From Polymyxa betae A26-41 (taxonomy: Eukaryota; Protista; Endomyxa: Phytomyxea), in the NCBI GenBank assembly GCA_003693705.1, contig RBZT01000790.1, positions 1 through 64,000 of the forward strand: 64,000 bases of DNA, written 5' to 3'. The position numbers and the translations under genes were made by a program. The notes under the pieces are model-generated. The model was not told the DNA's origin and searched no databases. It saw nothing but the letters and a program-made list of their open reading frames with translations. Positions 1 through 10,622 of this stretch are shown here, piece by piece. Within the stretch, counting starts at the first letter, position 1, and the number at the start of each line of letters is the position of its first letter.

Positions 1-861
1 GGGAGTGTAACAATATTGGATATTGTATGGCTCTAATTTACGCATACGCTGGCTATCAATCAACTCCGATGAATTTCTGGATTTACTAAGGGCTTGAATA
101 CGCATATAATTAATACAGATTCATCTTCACTATTTCTTCGTGCAATCGTCTCAGGCTTGAACGACAGATTGCCACACTTTCCACACTTACTGCACGTCCG
201 TTTGAACTTATTTCTTGTAGTAAATGATTTAGATTGCACTCGATTTTTTGCCAAAAGTAGTTGCTCTTCATCCTTTTGAACATGTTTACGATTCTTTGAT
301 GCGGATCCGAAACGAGCTGCAAGATTTTCTTCATATAATCGTAGACGATCGCAAAAATCATCAAGAGAAACTTTGTCTCTTGATATATTGAGCATATTGG
401 CGATCTGGGCTTCATACTTTCTTGTCTTGATATTTTAAATCAAAGTCTGTCCGAGTTCTGCATCATTAGCGTTTTTGTCAGCTTGACGTAATTCATTCGC
501 CAATATCTTGTATTTGTCCAAAAATTGGTTAAGATCATCGCTATTGTACAACTTGAGGTTCAGCAACTGGCTACGCAGAGTATTGATCCTCATCTGAGAT
601 GTATTCTCATAGCGATCCTTGATTGCTTTCCATAAGTCTTTGGCTTTCTCAGCTTGCACAAAGTTTGGAAGCAAATTGCCAGAAATCGAATTCAGAAGTT
701 CATCATATACAGCGATACCATCCTCGGATTGCTGCTCATCTTCCGAGCTCTCAGCTTTGACAAAATTTTGCAATTTTGAACGTCGTAGCCAAGTCTTGAT
801 TTGCAGATTCCAAATTGCATAATTCTCAACTCCAATTAATTTGTCGGCACGATACTGTCTG

Positions 862-875
862 CTGGGCCCATAACC
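862..875 (-). promoter_or_regulatory. Primer-binding site GGTTATGGGCCCAG (internal tRNAi-Met type, as in Drosophila copia)
   Basis: Exact motif directly downstream of the LTR CA end and upstream of gag. Confidence 0.88.
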
Positions 876-877
876 AT

Positions 878-1099
878 TGTTGGAGGCGACTGCGGATAAT
901 GCTTGAACAAACTCCGAAGTCCACTGGGATCTCAGAGCCATCTCGCGCTCGTCGCTACTTGGCATACTCGGATACGTATGACAGATCGGGGCAAATTGAT
1001 CAAGAGAAGAGGATTTAGGAAGAAAGCAGAATGAATGTATTTGATAAAAATACTGGACAAAATGTGTGAAGAAAATGAGTCGCTGGAAATTACCCAACA
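878..1099 (-). repeat. Single 222-bp LTR with TGTTGG...CCAACA termini
   Basis: On the minus strand it begins TGTTGGG immediately after a polypurine tract and ends TCCAACA 2 nt before the PBS. Confidence 0.88.
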
Positions 1100-1114
1100 T
1101 TCTCCTCCTTTTCC
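1100..1114 (-). promoter_or_regulatory. Polypurine tract GGAAAAGGAGGAGAA
   Basis: All-purine run between the RNase H coding end and the LTR TG start. Confidence 0.85.
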
Positions 1115-1772
1115 AGGTAGTCATTTTGGTCAGCGACTCCTATCTTTTTACGAAAATATATAAATTTGTTACCTCCAAGTGACTTGGTTAAAATATCGGC
1201 GACCATTTCTTGAGTAGAGCAATAACTCAATTCGAAGTCCCTTTTGGGAACATGATCACGAATATAATGATAACGCACCTCGATATGTTTCGATCTTTTA
1301 GTGTTTGTGTTTTGATTCGCGATCGTAATACATGATTGGTTGTCTTCATTAATAGTGAGAGGCTTTTGCTCCACTGCACAAGATCGTTCCAAGAAGGTAC
1401 AGTCCGGTTGGGATGGATATTTGTATAGATTTCTTATGAGGAACCTATATTCAGAGCAGTCTTCCAGACAATAAAACAGGTCTCGCTGCAGTGTGGGATT
1501 TCGCAGTTTAAGCAGCACTCTGAAAGCCTTTTTATAGTGAAATCAAATGAGAACTTTCATCTAGTTGCTCAATGGTGACAATCAACCTCCAGGAGGAAGA
1601 ACATATCCGAATTGATATCAAACCAATGCGTTCAGACTACAATGATGTCCAATTTAGTTTAATGAAATGTAACGTTGAAGGGGTGGCCTCTTGCCCATGT
1701 AGCCGTGACCTCATTTAATGACAATGGTTGATTACAGCCTCCTTCATTGTACTAAATGTGCTTAAAAGGGAG

Positions 1773-2980
1773 ATGACGGCGTCGCCAGGAATCCTGATAA
1801 GCGAGGACGAATTCGCAAGGGTTGTTGCTCTCAAGAAGGAGCGTGATGTACTGGAAGCCGAAATACAGACTGCTCGGGCAGAACTCGACCGAGCTCGGAT
1901 CGATTTGCTTGAGTTCAAGAATAGGCAGAAAGAGCTGACCGAGAGCAGCAAGGCGTAATTTACAAGCTATTGATCTTGTGGCTTCTAATTGTGTGATCTC
2001 TAGACTGGGGCACGAGTTGGAACTTGCACAGCATGCAATCACTGAGAAAGAGAAGCGACTTTCACAAATGCATTCTGGTAAAAAATTGCCTGAATGATAT
2101 CGTCGCTCTTAGTCATTATAGAGAAGCAAATGCAGGAAAAGAAGTCGGCTGCTTTAGCAGAGCAAATTGCGGCCTTAAAAGATAAAATAGTGGTACGGGA
2201 TTCACAAATAGCTAAACAAGACGTTCAGTTGCAATCTCTGAAATCTGAGATCGAATCCGCTCGGCTCGATATTATGCAATTTCAGGTAGCTGTGCTTTTG
2301 ATGCATACTTTCTGTAATCGACGGCCAGGTAGAGAGATCCAAAACGCAACTCTCAGTTCAAAGCTTAAACGAATTGCAAGAAACCATAGCACGATTGGAG
2401 AACGAGCTGAAATTAAAAGAGCAGTATGAATCACTTAATGAAAAGGTTGGAATAATGCAACACAAACATTCTATGAGGTTTTGATTATTATTTTTTCGGT
2501 TCGGATTCGTTTAGTTTTTGTCATGGCTATTATTGATGACCGCATAGAGGCTAGTCGAGATGCAAAAGGCCCTGTCGGAGCTGGAATCGATGGTTGAAAA
2601 GACATGGCATTCGAATGCGAAACCGAGCGAGCTGCAAACATCTGCTATCAATTTAATCACGTATGATGTAAGCCAGGGCTGTATGGTCGCCAATCGCAAC
2701 TTAAAATCTGCAGTCGAGTCCTTTTCTGGAATCGTGCTCCAAGTCTGAATTATTGGCAAGAGTCGCCTTTCTCCACAGCCAGAAAAACCAAGAGTTACGA
2801 ACCCTTTACCTTCGTGGTTTCATCATTCTCACCGTCGCTCTGGTTTTCATATTATTGATGCCAGTCGATGATGCAGATGTGATTAAATGGATTAAGAGTG
2901 ATTCTTTCTTCACCTGGGTACGAGCCAACTTCAGATATGTTGGCAGCGTCATTGAAGAGCAGCTTTCCGTTCAGCCTTAA
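1773..2980 (+). CDS. Multi-exon coiled-coil protein with C-terminal transmembrane helix (golgin/tail-anchor-like); 5' end uncertain
   Basis: Heptad-rich ORFs 1728-1958, 2094-2429 and 2560-2748 are joinable by short GT-AG introns. Hydrophobic GFIILTVALVFILLM occurs in the last exon. Confidence 0.6.
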
Positions 2981-2997
2981 ATAGCCATTGTCCCCTA

Positions 2998-3787
2998 ATG
3001 CCGTTCGTCCAAAATCCAAAACTAAAGTATGGTCGGTTCAATAAACACAACTGGACCACTGCTTCGGCTCAGCGGAGGGCGTAATACGCGCGCAAAATTG
3101 AAATCACGAATTGTCGGTGTGACTGCCTGCTCTGATAACTCAGTAACAACTGCTTGTTATCGGCTCCGATATCTCCCTGAATCAGCGTGATACCCGTTGG
3201 TAGAGCTGCCAGAAGCCATGTTCCTCTCGCCGAACCCCACCAGGCCCGTAGCTGCATCCGTCTTCATCCAAGACGACGACGATTTCGATAATTTTGGTGG
3301 CGCTGGTTTGTTTGTATCATCTGAAATTCGCAACCCTTCTCAGTGAAGACATTTCTTTAGAGGATGCGCAGGCGATTATTGATGCTGGTGAGGCCGAATT
3401 CATGGCCGATCTTGAATGCCAAGACTCTGCTCTGGGAATCGATTTTGACAGAGAGCTGTTAAAGACGCCAAATGAAGCGATGCTTCGGCATACTAGCATG
3501 ATCGTGTCACCAAGCGAATATTTCCGGTCAAAAGCTCCTTCCATGGGTTCTTTAACTGGTTAATAACCTTATCGATGGGAGGCTTAATAGCATTCCTAAC
3601 CGCCGGTTTAGGGCTTGGTGAGCGGCCAACGTTCTATTCGCCAATGGTCGATATGCTGACGCCTTCAAAACCGAGCCGTACGAGAAGGCGGCTTCCTGTA
3701 ATCGAAAGCCCTTTTGTTATGCTGAAGCCGCTTCTAAAGCCTGGGGGCAGCCCATTGTCGAGTCCAACATCCACTCCATTCCGTTAA
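2998..3787 (+). CDS. Hypothetical multi-exon protein, S/T-P-rich C-terminus
   Basis: Coding-like ORFs 3294-3563 and 3575-3787 are separated by an intron-like gap. Start uncertain. Confidence 0.4.
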
Positions 3788-3846
3788 CAGCATCGTGATT
3801 TTCTCCTACCAATAATTTGTAGCGCTTACTAATATAAATTTCGAGT

Positions 3847-5227
3847 TTATTCACACCAAGGCAAAGTTATCTGAATCGCATTCGGACCTAAATCCGCCTT
3901 CGAGCTCGTCTTCTTAGAAGGCGCTCGCTCTTCAGGTATGCTTCCATCGCAAACCCATTTCAGCCCCATTTCTCCAGGTCTATGCGAGCCCAGCAGCTTT
4001 GCAACATTAGTCAGTTTGCGATTCGTATTGATAATGAGTGATATTACCACTTGATACCGTCGATAACGCTCCTCAAGCGTTATCGTCGTGTTATGCCGCC
4101 GTCCAAGCAGGTGCTTGGCGAAATATAGCGCCATGCGATACGCCTCTAGAGCTCGACATTTGTTTCCGAGAGATTCCAGCTCAACCGCGATGTTATACAA
4201 AGCGACAGGAAAGATACCCAACCGATAACGAGAATGTGACCATCGGACAGCCTCCAGAAGCGACCGACAACAATCGTTCTCAGCGTTATCGAATAGCTCG
4301 TGCTGTAGTAATTTTATGGCGCTACGAATCTGAGGCAACGCTTCCCGATGACGTTTCATTGCAGATAGTATGACGCCGTAATTCAAGCGAATATCGGCCC
4401 TGGCTTTGAAGTCAGAATGTCTTTCAGACGAGATTTTCAGAAGACTAACAGGGCAATGCAACGAGCCGGATCTGAACCAGATTTGTAACAGGCCAGGGCT
4501 GATTCCACCGACTCCAGAGCACAATCTAGGCGTCCCATTCGTTTATAGGCACAGGCGACATTATTGAACGTAATTGCGTTCAATCCAAGAAACAGCTGTC
4601 CTGCACATTCCGCGCGCTTCAAAACAGCCAGTGCTTGCAAAGCATCGCCTAAGGTTCATTGTGAGACCAAATCTAGGAAAAACCAAAATGTTGTTGTGAA
4701 AAGCAAGAATTGAAGTTAGAATCAGTACCTTTATCTAGCGATCGCATGGCGATCTTGTTTGCAAGCTTGACGATCTTTTTCGCTTCTTCACGAACCTGAT
4801 TACTATCGTAGCCGAAATATTCCGCACACTGCCTCATTTTCGTCTCCATCGTCTGAATTCCAGACAGATTTGACCGTGAGGGCTTTGGGCGATTCTCTTT
4901 CGCTTCGGGCCTCCTAAAATCGATTCCGCTTTGCGATTTTTTCAGTTGAGCTGCTGGTTTTAAGGACTGCGAATAGGTTCGTTTCAGCAGGGCGTTCCTC
5001 TCATAAACTGAAAGCTTCTGGTCGAAATTTCCGGCATGGGATTCTTTTGCACGCAATGCTAGACGCTTTTTCACCCAAGCTGAAGCCCCATGCTCATAGC
5101 GACATGTTGGAGATGCGCTGCTGGGGCGTTGAGGTCGACATTGAGGGATGAGTCCCGGTTCGTTATCAAGCCGAGTATCAGCTTGTGATGATGGCCGTTT
5201 TCTCAGCCTTGCTGGAGGAGATGCCAT
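3847..5227 (-). CDS. TPR-repeat protein (multi-exon)
   Basis: TPR-like helices: AITFNNVACAYKRMGRLDCAL, IRLNYGVILSAMKRHREAL, VALYNIAVELESLG. Confidence 0.7.
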
Positions 5228-5738
5228 CTATTGGGGTTTTTGAAGATCGGTACCCTGGATCAACTAAGCTCTTATCAGAATATGACAGCAATGTTGAACA
5301 CTAAATGTAATTGAGTAGAATGTGAGATGGCATCTCTAACTCTCTCCAGCTGAACTCCAAACTATATGTAATGGATGAACTCAATAGATCGCGAAAATAG
5401 CTCAACTCCCAATCCTGCTCAGCATAGAGCGAGTTTTCAGAAACCTTACAATTGATAGAACCAGACCCACGACTAACGGAAGGTTGGAGCTTACATGAAT
5501 AGGGAGTAAAAAAAACCATGACATACGTTATTTTGTTTCATCTGACCACAACGGGGCAGCAATTTACGCTAACCGAGCATGCATCGATAACTTTGAGCGC
5601 GACCAGCGAAAGCGTTGAAATCATTTCATTGTTGACCGATGATTATCATCAGAATGAAAGATTGTTTAGTCAAAAGTTTTGTGCATTAGAATGGGGTCTG
5701 TAACGTAAACGGTCGCGATCTCCTTGTGGCGTAGCCTC

Positions 5739-7315
5739 ATGAAATCCTCTGCGGTTCCATTTTCTGGCAATCGATCTGGGCATTTCGAACCTGATGCGCA
5801 CATACTAATCCGAAGCCAAAGCGCGCTCGTCCCATGCGCTACCACAGCGATGTTTCGAGGAGTCAGGAAGGTTTCGTATGGCCAGGTTGGCGAGCGGCAT
5901 AAAGTGCCTGGGACGAAGTTCTTAGTGGATGCTTTCATGGTGCGATGTCCAGGTACGAATCTAGCCAAACATTGTATCAGGCTCTGATATTTAGATAGAA
6001 ACGACACATTGGTTTCTGACTCATTTTCATAGCGATCATTATATGGGATTAGATAAGCAGTTTAACAACGGCACCATATACTGTACAACGACAACATCCA
6101 GCCTTTGCATAGCTAAACTCCAGGTCTCACGAAAAATCCTTCGTGATCTGGAGTTCAATGTCGGAGAGGTCATCGAGGACGTCTTAGTGACTGCTCTCGA
6201 TGCCAACCATTGCCCGGGTAGTGCCATGCTGCTCTTCCAGCATCGCGATGGCACTACCAATCTTCATTGCGGCGATATGCGTTGGCACTCGAAAATGCTG
6301 TCCATACCAGCATTGATGCCTCCGGTTCAAATCGACTATCTGCATCTAGATACCACCTATTGTGATAAGAAGCACCAATTCCCGGCGCAAGATGTCGTCA
6401 TTGACAGAATTGTTGAGTTTGTTCGCCCATATTATAGCGACCAAAGCATTCTGTTCTGGTAATGATGATTCTTTACTGCTTTTCGTTTGATTTCAAGTAC
6501 GCAGCATAGGTACGTATAGCATCGGAAAAGAACGCATTCTGTTTCGTCTGGCAGAAGAGTTCCGTTGCCGGATTCGTGTCAGCCCACAAAGGCTACAGGA
6601 TTTGTTGCTTTGTGGTTTACCTGGAGATCTATTCACAACCGATTCGAAAGCGTCGAGATTTCATGTGATTCCAATCGGTGACGTTTCGTATCCGTCTCTG
6701 GACACCTTACGTCGACGGCTGAAATCGTATGGTGATCGGTTCTCGAAGCTAATCGCCGTACGCCCGACAGGGTGGTCGCATTCACAGGCACGGGAACTTA
6801 CAGTCGCCCATCACGACGAAGTGACGATCGTCAACGTTGCCTATAGTGAACACTCCTCTTTCCCGGAACTCAAAGAATGTGTCGCCTATCTGCGTCCAAT
6901 CAAGATCATCCCGACTGTGAACAGCAATTCGAAAGCAGAAAAGACTCGGATTTTGAACCATTTCAATGGGTTTATGGATACGTCGAAAGACCGTTCGAAG
7001 ATATCGTCATACTTCCAGAAGGCTGCACCACCTTCAGGACGCTCGGCACGGGCGCAAGCGTTGTCACGCCCAGAACGTCGCCGAATAGTCCCGGTGTTTC
7101 CTACTGCGCAGCGCTTCACTCTCGGAATGTCGGGCCCAGCCAAGGGAACACTGCCCAGCTTCTTCTCCAGACCTGGCTCTGATGAAAACGTATTCGACCT
7201 AACTACCGTTGATGTTGAAGAGCAGATTCGCATCGAGAAATCCCTAAAGCGTCCTCGGGAAGACGATGGTGAACCGAAATCCAACGCATTGAGGTTGCCC
7301 CCGCCGTCTTTCTGA
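5739..7315 (+). CDS. SNM1: DNA cross-link repair nuclease SNM1/PSO2 (DCLRE1A-like; metallo-beta-lactamase + beta-CASP)
   Basis: Motifs PGTKFLVDAF, THFHSDHY (about 6020-6045), DANHCPGS, HCGDMR, LDTTY, GTYSIGKE, RPTGW, YSEHSSF, IIPTVN. Confidence 0.93.
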
Positions 7316-7560
7316 TCACTTCGTTCTTTTTGTAATTATATGATACATTATTCGCTGTTACTGCTGTCTTAGCGTGTGTTTGTTGTTTTATCGAGATTTT
7401 CTGTTTATTTTCTTGAAGTCCAATATTCTAGAACTTCCGGATATGAGCCCGCACCGAGACACGTTTGGGGCCTCATTCAGACTTGTTAATTTCCATTCTG
7501 CCGACTGATTCAGTTTATGACTCCCGTCCCAGGAGCGTTGTTCTTGTCGTCCGGGCGGCG

Positions 7561-9021
7561 ATGGAGATGATGAACATCCCGTCAACGCGGCTGCAGCGAA
7601 CCAAATCCATCATCGTCGATCAGATCATTCCTGAAAATGGCTCTGCTGGAGTGACGCCCCATAGCGTCCATATCATCATTGCTGTTTGTGGAAGGCGAGA
7701 AGCGATCCAGCAGATCTGCTACAAGGTCGTCAGGTATCTGACCTGGAAAGGTCAGCGAACAAAGCTGTTCTCAACACGTTCTGCATCACTGCCGGCGTCG
7801 CCAACATCGCGCCAGCAGCATATCAGCATTCGCATGGCATTCGAAGCTGCCATGAACTATACGGATTGTGGTGGGATTTCTGTTCTGGACAGCTACGATG
7901 TAAAAGAAGCCGATATCAACTGGATGTTGGAGAACTCCAACAATATTAAATTGCTCTGGATTGTGGCTGGCAGTGACCTGTTTACAATCCCGCCAACTTC
8001 ATCGTTTATTCACATTGAATATGGACCTATTTTTAAGGTAACTTCAGCCAACATCAGAGGTACGCTCTCTTCATATCGGGTCAGATTTGCTAACGGGGTG
8101 AATAGGCGCCGTTTGTAAATTAGTGCATAGATTCGTTTCTCATTTGAGGTTAATAGAAGTACCGATCTTCATCTCGCGACATGGCGAAAGCAGTGATAAT
8201 ATGGGAGGCTTCCTCGGCGGAAATTCTTCTATTACTGAAAGAGGCGAACAGTTCGCTGTAGCACTAGGTCGTTTTATTGACGAGAAGAATTTATCACGCT
8301 TGCAAGGTATGTATTAATCTATTATGGTGAATATCGCCTATAGTGAGTTATAATTAGTATGGACAAGCTCTTTGAAGAGGGCAGTCGCTACAGCTGCTCA
8401 TATCCGAACTGCCGCAAGCCGCCGACATTTCGATTGCTTACAGGAAATAAACGCTGGCGATTTCACTGGTTTAACATACGCAGAGATCAAGAAACGATTT
8501 CCTGAAGAGTATGAGGCCAGAAAGAGGGATAAACTTGGATATAGATATCCGAATGGTGAAAGCTACATCGACATTATCAACCGAATCGACAATGTTATCC
8601 TTGAAATCGAATCTGCTGATTTTCCCATTCTCATCGTCTCTCATAAAGCAGTTTTAAGGTTAGCATTTTCAAGAGATCCGATGCAGCACGTTTACTCTAA
8701 CATAGATGTCTGCTGGGATATTTCTTACATAAGAAAAGAATAGATATTCCAGAGAGCCCACTCCCTTCGCATTCTGGTAATGTGCAGCCACTTTAACTCG
8801 AATCCGCCTAACATTGCCTAGTATGCGAGTTGAAATATACGCCTGAAGGGATTATAATGGATACTTATGAAATGGGCATCGATCATGTCGAAAACATGTC
8901 GGAACCTGCGGCGAAGCCTATTTCTAAGGAAACTAAAGCATCAAAGATATCTTGTAGCAGCAAAGAAACACTCTCTTGCGAAATGCCAAGCGGTGAACCG
9001 CACGACCCAAAATTGTCATAA
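7561..9021 (+). CDS. 6-phosphofructo-2-kinase/fructose-2,6-bisphosphatase family protein with degenerate kinase domain
   Basis: Intact histidine-phosphatase motifs RHGES, SLKRA, LQEINAG, YRYPNGESY, VSHKAVLR. The N-terminal region aligns to PFK-2 (VRYLTWKG..TKLF) but lacks the P-loop. Confidence 0.88.
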
Positions 9022-9036
9022 TTAGAGATACATTAT

Positions 9037-10359
9037 TTATTGTACATAAGCAAAGCATACGGCTCCACCTGTAGCAAATTTTCGTATTCTTCCATCTGGA
9101 ATTTGTAAACGAGTTGGATCTGAACGGTTCATCTCATCTCCAACTCCAAGATTCCCGTGCTCATTCCATCCAAACACAAACATTGAGGTACTAGAGCGGT
9201 CAATGCAGACGGAATGCTCCGATCCACAGAATATTTCACCAATCGCATCTGGTAGAAAAACACAATGTGGCTCTGGACGATGCAGAGTATGCCCATCACC
9301 CTGCTGCCCTAAATCTGAAGAGATTTCAACGAGCTTGTTCATTGCGATAGAGCATGAAATTCGACCTCCTCGGCCCCAGGCCCAGACTCTATGATCATCG
9401 CTTAAAGCCATGCAATGTGACCATCCTGAAGTTAACGCCACGAATCGAACTTCTTGTTGTAGGCAAACCGGAAGCCACAGATGACAGCCAAGTGATCCGT
9501 CAAAGCCATCTTGCCTTCCTAATTGCCCATATTTATTGCTTCCAACAGTGAGAATCTTGCCATCACCTACAGAAAATTGAGTATAACAAATGCCATGAAT
9601 ATATCGACTAATAACTTGTTAACACTGCAGTATGGCGAAAGCCACAAACTGCAGTTGTTGGAATCACTTCGGTTGGGATATTAGACTGAACAGGACGATC
9701 GTAGCGTTTATGGTCTTTAGGGAGTCCGATTTGACCGCTGAGCAGTTTAGCTCCCAAAAAAGCAATTATTGCTAGCTTACAATTTGTTTGATCCCCAGAG
9801 CCAAAGAGAATTCGAAATATCGAGTACAGTTGAGTGTTCATAGCCACATGAAATTGCAACGGCACGAGAGGCAAAGTCGATCAGACCGATTTCATGGGCA
9901 GGCACCGAATCTATAGGCCGCCCTATTACCGATTTGTGGCCGCATGAACCAATCCGGCCACTTTCTAACAACACATCGTTAGAGTGAATTAGCAGTCAGC
10001 GGAATGCAATCACACCAAAAAGAAACAGTGAATGACGCCAACCGCATGCAACTAGTAATACCTTCTCAGGAAGACGAAGGGCAGTTGGGCTTTGAACTAT
10101 CTGCTGTTCTGGGCTTTGGTAACACTGGCCAAATTTGTTATCGCCCCAAGCATAGACCAAACCGCTATCTAAATAATAACAACACTTAAGTAAGGACCTT
10201 TGGAGTCGCAATCGGGTAACCTTGATTGATAGAAAGGCAGTGACAACCGCCACAGATAACAGAGGTCAAGCTCGACGAGGAAGCCTGAGGAGTGCTGAAG
10301 TCGTCCAAATTCGGAAGCAGCAAGCACCCCGAACCGCCTGAACCCCAGCAATACCACAT
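9037..10359 (-). CDS. RCC1-repeat beta-propeller protein
   Basis: Repeated VYAWGDNKFGQ, CGWRHSL, SGWSHC, VFGWNEHGNLGVG motifs. ATG at 10359 (MWYCWGSGGSG). Confidence 0.88.
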
Positions 10360-10622
10360 TATTGTCCGCGATTGAAAATCATTGACAGCATCGCTCTGCC
10401 TTCTAGCTTCTCTCTGGGTAGCTCTTTTGAAAATTCTTAAACGATTTTTTATTCAATGCGATTATAGAGCTGTAACATTGTCATTCGAGCATTTTCTAAA
10501 ACTTGTTTTTCTCAAGTTTGTTAAGCGCGGCCTCGTTGCGCTTTCTTCGTTGCTGGTTGGATCTCCCCGCCATTGCAGCTTAGGAAGAGGCGGTCAGCTG
10601 CATGAGTTGGTAGTTGGGGCGT

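Larger units (their letters stand above)
60..1518 (-). mobile_element. Degenerate Ty1/Copia LTR retrotransposon relic (RNase H C-terminus, PPT, one LTR, PBS, gag)
   Basis: ORF 1090-1518 carries Copia RNase H motifs (EDNQSCI...RSKHIEVRYHYIRD...YCSTQEMVADILTKSL). ORF 435-1124 has Copia gag features (KLIGVENYAIW...AKDLWKAIKDRYE). ORF 60-395 has a decayed zinc knuckle (CSKCGKCGN). The gag is broken by stops/frameshifts. Confidence 0.93.

Noticed and set aside
876-1124. N-terminal extension of the gag ORF
   Set aside because: It is translated LTR sequence, open by chance rather than true gag.
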